Source: Mobula hypostoma (taxonomy: Eukaryota). From it: a stretch of 64,000 nucleotides of DNA. The stretch lies in assembly GCF_963921235.1 (NCBI RefSeq), contig NC_086097.1, positions 52,392,001 through 52,456,000 of the forward strand. Direction: 5' to 3'. Below the pieces are notes generated by a model that was given only the letters and a program-made list of their open reading frames with translations, made no database searches and was not told the origin of the DNA. The position numbers and the translations under genes are program-made. Positions within the stretch are counted from its first letter, which is position 1, and each line of letters starts with the position of its first letter. This document shows positions 14,052 to 26,063 of this stretch, piece by piece.

Positions 14052-14711
14052 GCACATGACCTCCAAACAAGATTGGCTGAAGAAAGATTTTAGTGTCGAT
14101 ATATAGAATATTAACCAACCACGCTTTATAGTAAATCTACATTTCATTTAAAAAATTGCAAATGGCAGATAGAAAATTGAAGCAGAAAATATAGGAGGCA
14201 TAAAGCGAGTAGAGGGAGAAAATATAGATTAGTGTTGGTGTGGAGCCTTTTGTTGAGCTTCAAGAGAAGCAAGGTGTGGAAGAGATAGCAAGGCAAATAG
14301 CACTTGTTTTAAAAGTATAGGGTTAAAATTTTGCTGACTTAGTAAATCAAAATAAAACGTAAGAGATGGTCTGCAAATTAGATATCTTCTGTGGAGAATC
14401 AAAGTGAATTATTGATTACAAAGGAAATAGGTAATAGATTCAGGAACTGGTACTGCATTTATACCCTGCCAATGGTGATGAGGCAGTTAAAAGCCTGAAT
14501 TGGTTGGGAAACCAAAATTAGAGGAGTCTTGTAGTTCTGGAACAGCTTGCCATGATAGGGAGAGACCAGCGTCTGAGAGACTTGAAAATAGCATGAGAAT
14601 TGTAGAATTGATTTACTGAAAGAAATGGGTTATTGCTTAAAAGTGAACTAGTTCAGCAAGCAGGTGCTTGGGAGAATAGATTTTGATGAGAGCTTGGAGA
14701 AGAGTAACTGG

Positions 14712-14748
14712 AGTCCTGATGAAGGGTCTCGTTTTGAAACATTGACTG
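14712..14748 (+). ncRNA. Degenerate Penelope-type minimal hammerhead ribozyme motif
   Basis: agtc-CTGATGA-agggtctcgtttt-GAAA-catt-gactg inside a short Penelope-derived repeat. Confidence 0.4.
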
Positions 14749-15382
14749 TTTACTCTTTTCCGTAGGTAAATTCCTCCAGCATTTTGTGTGTGTTAACTCA
14801 ATGCATTCAAGTTTAGAGGCTGAAAGATGGGACGCCAGCCAGGCTTGAAATAACCATGTCTAGTGGATGATGATTTTAGTATGAAAATAGATTGGCTAAT
14901 TTCATCAACTATATCGAACAATTTGCGAAAATTCTATGTTGATCTAAGATTATTTTGCTAGGGCAGTGGTGATTTTGGTAGCTAGGGAAAGGTATTTATG
15001 GTGGGGCCAAAGGCAGTGTTATGTCAACCATGGGACATGGTAGAGTTGTGTGTCACCAAGTGTGTTTAGAAACCAGTTGAGGGAAGTAGCAGCAAGTCTT
15101 ACATGATCAGAATGGGAGAGTGATGCATAAAGGATTCCCTGGCTTTGACCAGATGAATAATGCTTTATTTCCGATATAGTTCAGAAACAAGTCATTTAAT
15201 TCTTCTTCTACAAAGCATTTTACAAAATTAATCAGTATATTAGTTTTAAAAATCTATTGTCTTTCACTTAATTGAATGAAATGAGTTGTCACAATAACTA
15301 CTTAGCTTATGTTATAGTTGTAGAAATACAGCTTGTGTCTCAATTTGGCATATAGATTGATCTTCAATTATTTTGATTTCAG

Positions 15383-15451
15383 GCAATTCGTATTTTGGTG
15401 CAAGAGAGATTAAGCCCAGAAGCCATTGCAAAAGCAAGCCGTACAAAGGAG
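15383..15451 (+). CDS. RTRAF: RTRAF coding exon
   Basis: tttcag|GCAATT...AAGGAG|gtaag; AIRILVQERLSPEAIAKASRTKE; phase 0-0. Confidence 0.95.
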
Positions 15452-15989
15452 GTAAGGAAGTGTTTTCAAAAGAAACTAAGATTTTTTTATTTTGCTTAAG
15501 TTGAATTACATGTATAATAGTGTGAGAATGGGTCATCTTTGGGCTTTCGATCCTAATGTTTTTAAGAAGTATCAACCTCACATAGTTTTAGCATGGAGGA
15601 AGAATATAACATAGCTGCAGCATGATAAACTGTCCATCTTTCTTATTATAGGCGCCCTTTATATAATTCGTATATAATTAATATGGTCAGCCTTATCAAC
15701 CTATTGTGCTACAATTGTTCATTTTAATTATTACCTTTCAGACTAAGTGAAGTGATTTCTAAAATGGGTTGGAGTTTTAATTGGCTTCATAACTTTGCTG
15801 CAAATATATTAGATTGTTTGATAGAATGTTTATGGAGCCAAATTGTTGGTGATAGTCCACATTTAAATTGCTTGTTTTAACATATTTATTTTACGCTTAA
15901 TACATGCAGTGGTTATTAGTACTTTAAAACTTTTTTTTTAAATAGCAGTAACTAAAGGGGTAATGTGGGCTCTGGTTAGACTCATCTAT

Positions 15990-16165
15990 GCTTGAGAGCT
16001 CGTGGGTTTCCTCTCAGTGCTTGAGTTTCCCCTCACAGTCCATAGATCTATCAGTTAGTAGGTTAATTGATCATTGTAAATTGTCCCAAGATTAGGCTGG
16101 GTTTAAACAGGTGGGTTGCTAGGTGGGGTGGCTCATTGGGCCGGAAGGGCCTGTTCTGTGCTGAA
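15990..16165 (+). mobile_element. Partial V-SINE (HE1-like)
   Basis: gtgggtttcctctcagtgcttgagtttcccctcacagtcc...gggccggaagggcctgttctgtgctg. Confidence 0.65.
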
Positions 16166-16892
16166 TCAATCAGTCAATCAATAGCTTAAGGTTCCGTTCT
16201 GGAAGTCTTTGACACTTCAACTTCCTTTCCAAAAAGCCACTGACGCTCGTTCAATTGAAAATTTCAGAATGTTATTGATAGATTTGCTTTGTCAGGCAGG
16301 GTGATTAATAGATATGAACCCAAGATTAAAGTGTAGATCAGCTGTGATATAATTGGTGGAATGAGCCTCAGGTGTAAGTAGCTTAGTTCAGTTCCTAAAC
16401 TAATATTTGGCTATAATTTGCTGCAACCATATTTTCACCTTTTCAGCTTAGTTTATTGATGGTTGATTTACTTCAGATTCATTACCGAGACACTTGACGG
16501 TATTCATCTCCCTCTACGATTTCACAGAGATGGTCTCTTCAGTCCTTTCCATTCATATTACTACAATACATCTTTGCCAGGATATGGAGCCCAACACTGC
16601 CCTCTTTTCTCTAGTAGTAGATGTTGTTTAACCATACCTTTAACAGTTTTGATTATTTTTGAGCTTTCTATATTGTAATAATCAGTGGAATCCGATGAGA
16701 GCTGCCTAACTGGATACACAGTTGGCTTGATGGTAGAAAGCAGAGAATGATGGTAGAAGATTGATTCTTGGACTAGAGGCCCATAACTAGTGGTATTCCT
16801 CAGAGTTCAATGCTGGGCCTATGTTTGTCATCAATATCAACAATTTGGATAAAAATGTCCAAGATTAGTAAGTTTGCTGTGACAGTCAAATA

Positions 16893-17495
16893 CCTGCCTC
16901 GATGTCGAAGGTCAAGGTTCGTCATCTGCTGTGGCTGATGTGGAAGGCTTGAAAAACTACAGTATGCTTGACTGCTTAGCCTCGCGCATTTTTCTATCAT
17001 CTCATGCAGTTGCTTCACGTTCAGTTCCTGGACGACTTCACTTTCGATCCGTTTGCTACTGCATTCGGTTTCGACTGTTACCCTTTCCTCTTCCAGTTGC
17101 ATCAGCTCTTCATCTATCAGTTCTTGGTCAAACCTCTTCAACGTCATCTTCGTTAACTTCCACAAGCCAAACTCACTTTGCCCTTACTTCGTTCACCACG
17201 ATTGAAACGCTTAATTATGTCTAGTTTTACGCTAAGTGTAACACCTTTACGAGCTCTTCTAGGCTTTTCCAATACCTGAGAACTCACCTTGCTAACAGCT
17301 GCTCACAGGAAAGTGTTTAAGCAATGCCAGCTAGAATGCAGTTCCGGGGGAGGAGCTTGGCTGCTCGGGGCGCGCGCTGCCTTTTTTTTCGTAACAGTGA
17401 AAACACCTTCTGTTAGCGTAAACAGGTAACTAATGTAGGTCTTTCATAATGGTGAGGTTTCGTAAAGCGAACGTTTGAAAAGCAGGGGACACCTG
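16893..17495 (-). mobile_element. Truncated Tigger/pogo-like DNA transposon (same family as 37442-38998)
   Basis: TIR cgaacgtttgaaaagcaggggacacctg|TA; internal sequence matches the copy at 37.4-38.1 kb; ELIDEELMQLEEE acidic segment. Confidence 0.8.
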
Positions 17496-17859
17496 TAAAG
17501 TGGACAATAACGTTGTCAAAAATTACAGGGGTACCTTGATCAGCTGAGTAAGTGGGCCAAAGAATGGCAAATGGATAAGTGCAAAGTGCTGAATTTTGGA
17601 AAGACAAATCCAGAAAGGATTTTCAGTGAATGGCAAGGCCCTGTAAGATCTTATAGAACAGAGACCTTGGAGTATAAATATATGGTTTACTGATAATTGC
17701 AGTTGCAGGTAGACAGGTTTCAGAGAAACTTCAGGGGAAGTATTTTTCCACAAAGGTTGTTATCTGTGTGGAATCAGCTGCCACAGAAAGTGGTTAAGCC
17801 AGCTACAATAACAACTTTCAAAGAACTTGAAATTTTTTAGGACTTTGATCATAATGCCA

Positions 17860-20800
17860 TTAATTTCAAGGTAATTAAGGAAAGGGGTAGGGTCTGGTTC
17901 TTGGGTTGAGATCCTAAATTGGAGAAGGGCCAATTTTGATGGTATCAGAAAGGATCTGGTAGGTGTGGATTGGGACAGGTTGTTTTCTGCCAAAGGCATA
18001 CTATGTAAGTAGGAGCCTTCAAAAGGACAATATTGAGAGTGAAGAGTTTGTGTGTTCCTGTGAGAATAACAGGCAAGAATAACAGGTAGAACTGAGAAAC
18101 TGAGAGAGAACTGAGACCCTGGTTAAGAGAATGGAGGTGAGTAGCAGGTAGGAACAAATAAAGTACTTGACGTGTATAAGAAATGCAAGAGAACCCTTAA
18201 GAAGAAGATCAGGCTTGCTAAAAAAAGACGTGAGTTTGCTCTAGTGGACAAGGTGACAGAAAATCCCAAGGACTTCTACAGGTAAATTAAGAGCAAAAAA
18301 AAATAACAAGTTGACAATAAACTGGTCCTCTGGAAGATCAAAATGGTGATCTGTGAGTGGAGTTGAAAGAGAAGGGGAAATATAAAATTTTTTTTTTGCA
18401 TCTGTATTTACTCGGGAGATGGTTGCAGAGTCTATAGAAATGAGGCAAAGCAGTAGCGAGGTCATGGACCCAATCTAGATTACAGAGGAGGAGGTGTTTG
18501 CTGTCTAGAGACAAATTTGGGTGGATAAATTCTCAGGGCCTGATGAGGTGTTCCTGTGGGAGACTAGTGCAGAAATTGCAGGGTTCCTAGCAGAGATAGT
18601 TAAAACATCTTCAGCCATGTGTGAGATGACAGAGGATTGGAAGATAGCTAATGTTGTTCTATTGTTTAAGAAAGGCTCTAAAAATAAATGAGGAAGTTAT
18701 AGGCCAGAGAGCCATCAATTGTGAGAAAGTTATTGGAAGGTATTCTAAAGGATCGATATATGAGTGTATGGATAAATGGGGATGACTGGGGATAGTCAAC
18801 ATAGCGTGTGTGTGGTAGGTAGTAACTAACCAAACTTGGAGTTTTTCGATTAAGTTATCTGGAAAGTTGAAGGCCAGGCAGTGGATGTTGTCTGCATACA
18901 TTTTAGCAAGACTTTTGACAAGGTCCTTCTTGGGACGTTGGTCAAGAAGGTTCAGTTGCTGCGTGGCATTCAAGATGAGATAGTTAATTGGGTTAGATAT
19001 TGGCTTTGCAGGAGAAGCCAGAGAACGGTAGTAGATGATTGCCCCTCTGATTGGAGGCTTGTGACTAGTGGTGTGCTACAGAGATTAATGCCGGGTCTGT
19101 TGTTGTTTGTCATAAGAGTATAAACATAGGAGCAGAATTAGGCCATTCATCCCATCGAGTCTGCTCCGTCATGGCTGATTCTGGACCCCACTGAACCCCA
19201 TACACCTGCCTTCTCGCCATATCCTTTGATGCCCTGACCAATCAGGAAACTATCAACTTCCACCTTAAAGATACCCACAGACTTGGCCTTCACCTCAATC
19301 TGTGGCAGAACATTCCACAGATTCACTGCTCTCTGGCTAAAAAAAAAAATCCTCCTTGCCTCTGTTCTAAAAGGTCGCCCCTCAATTTTGAGGCTTTGCC
19401 CTCTAGTTGTGGATACCTCCACCATAGGAAACATCCCCTCCACATCCGTGCTATCTAGTCCTTTCAACATTTGATAGGTTTCAATGAGATTTCAGCCCGC
19501 CCCCCCCCCACATTCTTCCAAATTTCAGTGAGTACAGGCCCAAAGCTGCCAAGTGCTCCTCGTATGTTAACCCTTTTATTCCTGGAATCATCCTCATGAA
19601 CTTCCTCTGCTCGCTCTCCAATAACAACACATCCTTTCTGAGATATGGGGTCCAGAACTGTTGACGGTACTCCAAGTACGGCCTGACAAGTGTCTTATAA
19701 AGCCTCAGCATTATCTTGTTGCTTTTATATTCTATTCCCCTTGAATTAAATGCCAAAATTGCATGTGCCTTCTTTACCACAGACTTAACCTGTAAATTAA
19801 CCTTCTGGGAGTCTTGCTCGAGGACTCCTAGTCCCTCTGCACCTCTGATGTTTGAACCTTCTCCCCGTTTAGATAATAGTCTGCACTATTATACCTTTTG
19901 CCAAAATGCATTATCATACATTTTCCAGTACTATTCCATCAGCCATTTTTGCCCATTCTTCCAATTTGTCTTAAGCTACATCCACACTACACCAGATAAT
20001 TTTGAAAACGAAGCTTTTTCTCTTCATTTTGACCTTCCGTCCACACTGAAACGGCGTTTTCAGCCCCCGAAAACAGAGATTTTCAGAAACGGTCTCCAGA
20101 GTGAATAAATCTGAAAACGCCTAATATCCGTTGCAGTGTGTACAAGGTAACCGGTACTTTTTAAAACCGCTGTCGTGACGTGCTGGAACAAATGACGACA
20201 GCGCAGCATTTCATTGTTTTCTTCTTATTAATATTACTACCTTATTGTCGCCAAACAATTGATACTAGAGTGTACAATCATCACAGCAATATTTGATTCT
20301 ATGCTTCGCAGAACCTAACAATTTCAGAACAGACGGCAACGAGACTGAAGCCAGAAGAGTTAGAAATGTACTCACCAAATACTTTGACCCATAGCTTACT
20401 GAATAAATAAGTATACTCACTTTGGCCTGTTTTCTGTCCTTGCTTGTATGAAGGTGGTTTACCAATTTATGCAAGTACTTCTCTGACAATAGATATGTAA
20501 CAGCCTAATGTAACATTGTGTGGAAATACAAGATAACACTGATGTAGACATGTTTTATACATTTAACAAGGTGCTTTATTAATGCACATAGTTAGTCAGT
20601 TTTTCAATGTTCGTCGTCAACCAGGTTATACTGTCCGTGAACTCCCTGTCGGTTACCTCCATACGCTCCAGTATTTGTTTTTTTTAGTTTTAAGTTCTCC
20701 TGCGCGAGAGCCAAGAGCAATTCCTTTTAAGTTTTTCTACTCTGTAACTGGAGAAACGCGCACTAAGTATACCGTTTCCTCTTCGCTTGTTTTCTGTGTG

Positions 20801-22007
20801 TCCTGCGCGTGCTCAGTAGAGGAGATTCGCCCAAATATCCGTGTTAGTGTGGACAGAGATATTTTGAAAAACGTTTAGTGTGTACCCCTGTCGTTTTTAC
20901 TTGAAAGCAGCTTTTTCAAAACGATCCGGCGTACTGTGGACGTACCCTTAGTCCTGCTGCAGTCGTATTGCTTCCTCAGAACCACCTTCTCCTCCATCTA
21001 GATTTGTATCATCTGCAAACTCTACCACAAAGCCATCAATTCCATCATTCAAATCATTGACAAACTGTGAAAAGTAGTGGTCCCAATGCTGACACCCGAG
21101 GAACACCACTAGTCACTGGCAAACAATGAGAAAAGGCCCCCTTTATTCCCTCTTGCTGCCTCTTGCCTGTCAGACATTCCTCTATTGATGCTAGTATCTT
21201 GTAATGGCAACTACTGTATGTCAATGATTTGGATAACGTAAATAGATCAACTAATTTGCGGATGTCACCAACATTGGGGGTGTAGTAGATAGCAAGGAAG
21301 ATTCTTATCAAAGCTTGCAGTGGATCTGTTCCAACTGGAAAAATGGGCTGAACAATGGCAGATAGAATTTAATGCAAATGTGAGGTGTTGCTGTTTGGGA
21401 GCAACCTGTATAGGTCTTAGAGGGTGAGCGGTAGGGCAGTAGAACAGAGGGACGTGGGAATACAGATCCATAATTCCTTGAAAGTGGTGTCACAGGTAGA
21501 TAGGGTTGTAAATAAAGCTTTTAGCACATCGGCCTTCAAAAACCAATGTACTGAGTACAGGAGTTGGGATGTTATGTTGAAATTATATAAGACTTTGAAG
21601 TATTGTGTTCAGTTTTGGTCATCTACCAGTTAGAGGGTTAAGATGTAAATGAGATTGAAAGAGTGCAGAGAAAATTTGTAAGATGTTGCCAGGACTTGAG
21701 GTCCTGAGTACCAGGGAAAGGTTGAATAGGTTAGGACTTTATCTTCAGAACATAGGAGAGGAGATTTGATAGAGGGATATAAAGTTGAGGTGTATATATA
21801 GAGTAAATAAAAGCAGGCTTTTTCCAATGAGATTACAACTAGAGATCGTGGGTTAAGGATGAAAGGCGAAATGTTTTAAGTGGAATATGAGGGTTAACTT
21901 CCTCACATAGAGGAGTGGTGAGAGTATGGAATGAGCTTCCTGTGCAAGTGGTGGATGTGGGTTGGATCTCATTTTAGAGAAATTTGGATAGGTACATTGA
22001 TGAGAGG
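17860..22007. mobile_element. Cluster of CR1-type LINE fragments in both orientations (+ ~17860-19110; - ~19111-21200; + ~21215-22007)
   Basis: FSKTFDKV, VTSGV, KTLVRPYLEY and FFSQRAVNLWN motifs. Confidence 0.8.
19974..20947. mobile_element. Non-autonomous PIF/Harbinger-type DNA transposon nested in CR1
   Basis: TIRs agctacatccacactacaccagataattttgaaaa and ttttcaaaacgatccggcgtactgtggacgtaccc; TTA target duplication on both sides; the host CR1 rejoins as ccaatttgtc-tta-gtcctgctgc. Confidence 0.82.
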
Positions 22008-22408
22008 GTAAACACAAAATAATTTGCAGATGCTGGGATCAAAGCAACACTCACAACACGCTGGAGGAACTCAGCAGGTCGGGCAGCATCCATGGAAACA
22101 ATGAGTCGATGTTTCGGGCTGGAACCCTTCGTCAGGACTGAAGAGGGAAGGGGCAGAGGCCCTATAAAGAAGGTGGGGGAGGGTTGGAAGGAGAAGGCTG
22201 GTAGGTTCAGTTGAAAAACCAGTAATTTGAAGGACAAAGGGGTGGGGGAGGGGAAGCAGGGAGGTGATAGGCAGGAAAACAATGGGTAGTAGAACGAGGC
22301 AGAACCATGAGGGAGGTGATAGGCAGCTGGGGGGGGGGGAACCTCATGGTTTCACCTCTCTCTACTACCCATTGTTTTCCTGCCTATCACCTCCCTCATG
22401 GTTCCGCC
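22008..22408 (-). mobile_element. Penelope-derived repeat with a hammerhead motif and an inverted end
   Basis: acacgctggaggaactcagcaggtcgggcagcatc core shared with the GIY-YIG-bearing copy at 31 kb; 35-bp perfect inverted repeat. Confidence 0.75.
22104..22140 (-). ncRNA. Minimal type I hammerhead ribozyme motif (Penelope type)
   Basis: Minus strand cagtc-CTGACGA-agggttccagccc-GAAA-CATC^gact: intact core boxes, stem I agtc/gact, stem II ggg/ccc, no helix III. Confidence 0.6.
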
Positions 22409-23860
22409 AATTGATATTTGGGAATTTAAAATTTCCCACCATGACAACCCTGTTATTATTACACCTTTCCACAATCTGTCTCCCTATCTGCTCCTCGATG
22501 TCCCTGTTACTATTGGGTGGTGTATGAAAAACTCCCAGTAGAGTTATTGACCCCTTCCTATTCCTAACTTCCACCCACAGAATCTCGGTAGACATTCCCT
22601 CCAAGTCTTCCTCCTTTTCTACAGCCGTAACACTATCTCTGATCAACAGTGCCACACCCCCACCTCTTTTGCCTCCCTCCCTGTCCTTTCTGAAACATCT
22701 AAAACCCGGCACTTGAAGTAACCATTCCTGTCCCTGAGCCATCCAAGTCTCTGTAATGGCCACCACATCATAACTCCAAGTACTGATCCACACTCTAAGC
22801 TCATCTGCTTTGCTCATAATACTCCTCGCATTAAAATAGACACATTTCAAACTGTTAGTCTGAGTGCGTCCGTTCTCTTATCACCTGCCTATCCTCCCTC
22901 TTGTATTGTCTTCAAGCTTTCTCTCTTTGTGAGCCAACTGCCTCTCTTCAGTTTGGTTCCCACCCCCCAGCAATCCTAGTTTAAACTCTCCCCGATAGCC
23001 TTTGCAAACCACCTTGCCAGGATATTGGTCCCCCTGGGATTCAAGAACAACCCATTCTTTTTGTACAGGTCACTCCTGCCCCCTCCTCTAATCCCTCAGC
23101 CACGCATTTAACCTCCACCTCACTCTATTCCTATACTGACTGTCACGTGGTACAGGCAGTAATCCTGAGATGACTAAGCTTCGTGGTCCTGCTTCTCAAC
23201 TTCCTTCCCAACTCCCTGTTGTCTGCTTTCAGGACCACCTCCCTTTTCCTGCCTTTGTTGTTGGTACCAGTATGTACCACAACCTCTTGATGTTCTCCTT
23301 CCCACTTCAGGATATCATGAATGCGATCTGAAACATTCCGGACCCTGGCACCTGGGAGGCATACTACCATCTGTGCTGTTTTTCTGCGTCCACAGAATTG
23401 CTTGTCTGAACCCCTAACTATAGAGTCCCCTATCACTGCTTCCATCCTCTTCCTTTACCTACCCTTCTGAGCTGCAGGGCCAGACTCTGCCAGAGGCACA
23501 GCCACTGTTGCTTCCCCCAGGTGGCCGTTACCCCCCGCCCCCCCCGCAATAAGTACTCAAGCAAGAGTACTTATTGTCAAGGGGTACAGCCACAGGGGTG
23601 CTCTCTAGCCTCTGACTCCTGCCCATCACTCTCCTGACTGGTACCCACTTAATTGTCTCCCCAAGCCCCGGTGTGACTACCTGCCTATAGCTCCTCTCTA
23701 TCGCCTCCTCACTTTCTCTGACCAGACGAAGGTCATGGAGCTGTATCTCCATTTCCCTGACACGCTCCCTAAGGAGCTGCAGCTCAATACACCTGGCACA
23801 GATGTGGCTGTCCGGGAGGCTGGGAGTCTCCCGGACTTCCCACATCTGACATTGAGCTGG
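22409..23860 (-). mobile_element. 5' portion of a CR1 LINE: ORF1 (zinc finger/leucine zipper and SGNH esterase) plus ORF2 APE endonuclease
   Basis: CQMWE...CARCIELQLL; VIGDSIVRG...CLPGAR...VVVHTGTNN; YFNARSI...AITETW...GGGVALL...GNFKFP. Confidence 0.88.
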
Positions 23861-24202
23861 AGAATTTGCAAGTGGGAAGAAGTGGAGTGATATTAGGAAA
23901 CTTGACTTTAAAGCATTATTTAGCAAGCAAGTCACATATTGATATGCAAAAGCTCCGGTGAAAAAAATCCTTCATTGCCTGCTACATATGTTTTGTGAGA
24001 TTGCAGATGAACAAGGGTGAAAACGAACAAACCCAGAGGAGATCGAAGTTCTTATTGACAGTGTTTTACGAGCTGTTAAAATGAATACCTCTCTATATAA
24101 AATTCAGTGTGCACCATGTCGTCACTGGGCAAAAAAAATTCACAGTACAAGATTTTTGTGCACATTGGTCTTTACAAATTGGAGGGAACATTGATGGTGA
24201 GT

Positions 24203-24720
24203 ATCCTTAATGATGGATACCAACTTTTTGAGGCACTGCCTCTTGCAAGTGCCCTCTGATGGGAAGCATTACAATTGTGATGGGACTGCCTGGGTGCAGT
24301 GTCTTGTGATCCTGTGCATTGGAGCCTCCATACTAGACAGTGATACTATTAAACAAAATGTTCCCCACTTACAGTGATAGAAATTTCCTAGAGTCTGATG
24401 TATTACGCAACATATATCAGTGATAATAAACCTTGTTCTGCACCAAATCTCCTCAAACTCTGAAGAAAGTAGAGCATCTGGTGTGCCTCCTCTGACTGTA
24501 TCAATGTGTAAGACCCAGGACAGATCCTCTGAGATGTTGATGCCCAGAAACTTGAAGCTGCTCATCCTCACCACCATTGACACCTCCTGAGGTTAGGTGT
24601 GTGTTCTCCTGACTACCCCTTCCTGAAGTCCAGAATCAATTCCTTTGCCCTTTTGATGTTGAGTATGAGGTTGTTATTACAACACCCCTCAACCAAATGA
24701 TATGCCTCACTCCTGTGTGC
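24203..24720 (-). mobile_element. Rex1-type LINE fragment
   Basis: SSFKFLGINISEDLSW motif. Confidence 0.65.
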
Positions 24721-25483
24721 CCTCTGAAAACTCACTTGTGTATAAAATATCCAGCGGTCTGTCTGTAAATTTTAGTAGTCACTCTAGAAAATTTAACCTG
24801 GACTGTTGACAGTTTGGTTCTCTGATTTGAAAATTTTTAATCTGTTCTGTCACCCTGATTGTAATTATTGACTCTAGTAATTTCCTACTGACAGGTATTT
24901 GGGTTAATCCCCTGTTTTTTATTCTTTTAAAAAATACTACTAGCTTCTCTAAAATCATTCCCTAAAACCACCTCATTCCTTCAGCAAATCAAACAGTGTC
25001 CATGGAAAGAGTTTATGCCATGTGTTCTATCTCCTCTTTTACTAATTTGTTTCTTATCCATTCCTATCTAAGATAGCTAATGCAGTGGAACAGTTTTCTT
25101 TTGCTTTCTATGCCATTACCAGTGGATACTGGTTCTGAAAAATTTCTGTGACAGTATGCTGAATCCTTTTGGGGATGAATGGAAAGCAGAGGATTTGTTA
25201 TGAATTAGCAGCCAAAGTCAGAAAGGGAATAGATAACTAGAGCACAGAGTTCTGGCTGTGCCAAATTCTATCAGCAAACACAGGCTGTATTTTCAGTACC
25301 ATTAACACTGAAGTTTATGCGTCTCCCAGTATTCTAATTGGTGACTGTCTTATAAACATAACATTTTGCATTTGCGGTTCAGCTCTGAACTGAATACTAA
25401 CATGCTTAACAATAATAAAAAGAGTACATTTTTCTATCCTTAAGTTTTTAGCTTTTTATGGTGATGTAACTAAAGATATACAC

Positions 25484-25745
25484 TGTAGCATAGTGGTTAA
25501 CTATTACAACTCGGGGCATTCCGGAGTTCAATTCCAGCAACATCTGTAAGGAGATTGTACCTTCTCCATGTTGGAGTGTAGGTTTCCTCCAGGTGCTCCG
25601 GTTTCCTCCCACATGCCAAAGATGTACTGGTTAATTGGTCACTGTAAAATGTCCTGTGTTTTAGGCTAGTGTTAAATAGGCGGGTTGTTGGGCAGTACAT
25701 GTTGGGCTAGAGGAGGTCTGTTCTGTACTGTATCTCTAAATAAAA
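25484..25745 (+). mobile_element. V-SINE (HE1-like)
   Basis: A and B boxes, ggtttcctccaggtgctccggtttcctcccaca, tail ctgtatctctaaataaaa. Confidence 0.8.
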
Positions 25746-26014
25746 GTAGAGTCCTTAGCCAGGGATTATCAAGGTATGTAGTTACGGCTCTAGATAATGA
25801 AATTTGCCCCATTTATTCAAGAGAAACAGGGAATTAAGTAGCTTCTGATGGCAATGTCAACTGCTTAGATATGAAACTTAATTGAGCTGTTTGTCTAGAG
25901 CATATCTTATGAATTTGGAGGAGTAAAGATAATTGCTGAAAGGGCAGGAGTATGGCTTTAACTGATTTGATATTTTGTACTGTTTTTCCAAAATATTCCT
26001 TTTCATTTTTTCAG

Positions 26015-26063
26015 GGTTTTACTGTATCTTTAGAAAAGCACCTTCTTGGCTTTGATACTGGAG
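26015..26063 (+). CDS. RTRAF: RTRAF coding exon
   Basis: ttttcag|GGTTTT...ACTGGAG|gtaag; GFTVSLEKHLLGFDTG (recalled human GLPVALDKHILGFDTG). Confidence 0.93.

Noticed and set aside
24990..25400. Possible conserved non-coding element or snoRNA in an RTRAF intron
   Set aside because: Unique-looking sequence, but no convincing C/D or H/ACA architecture; conservation cannot be judged without alignments.
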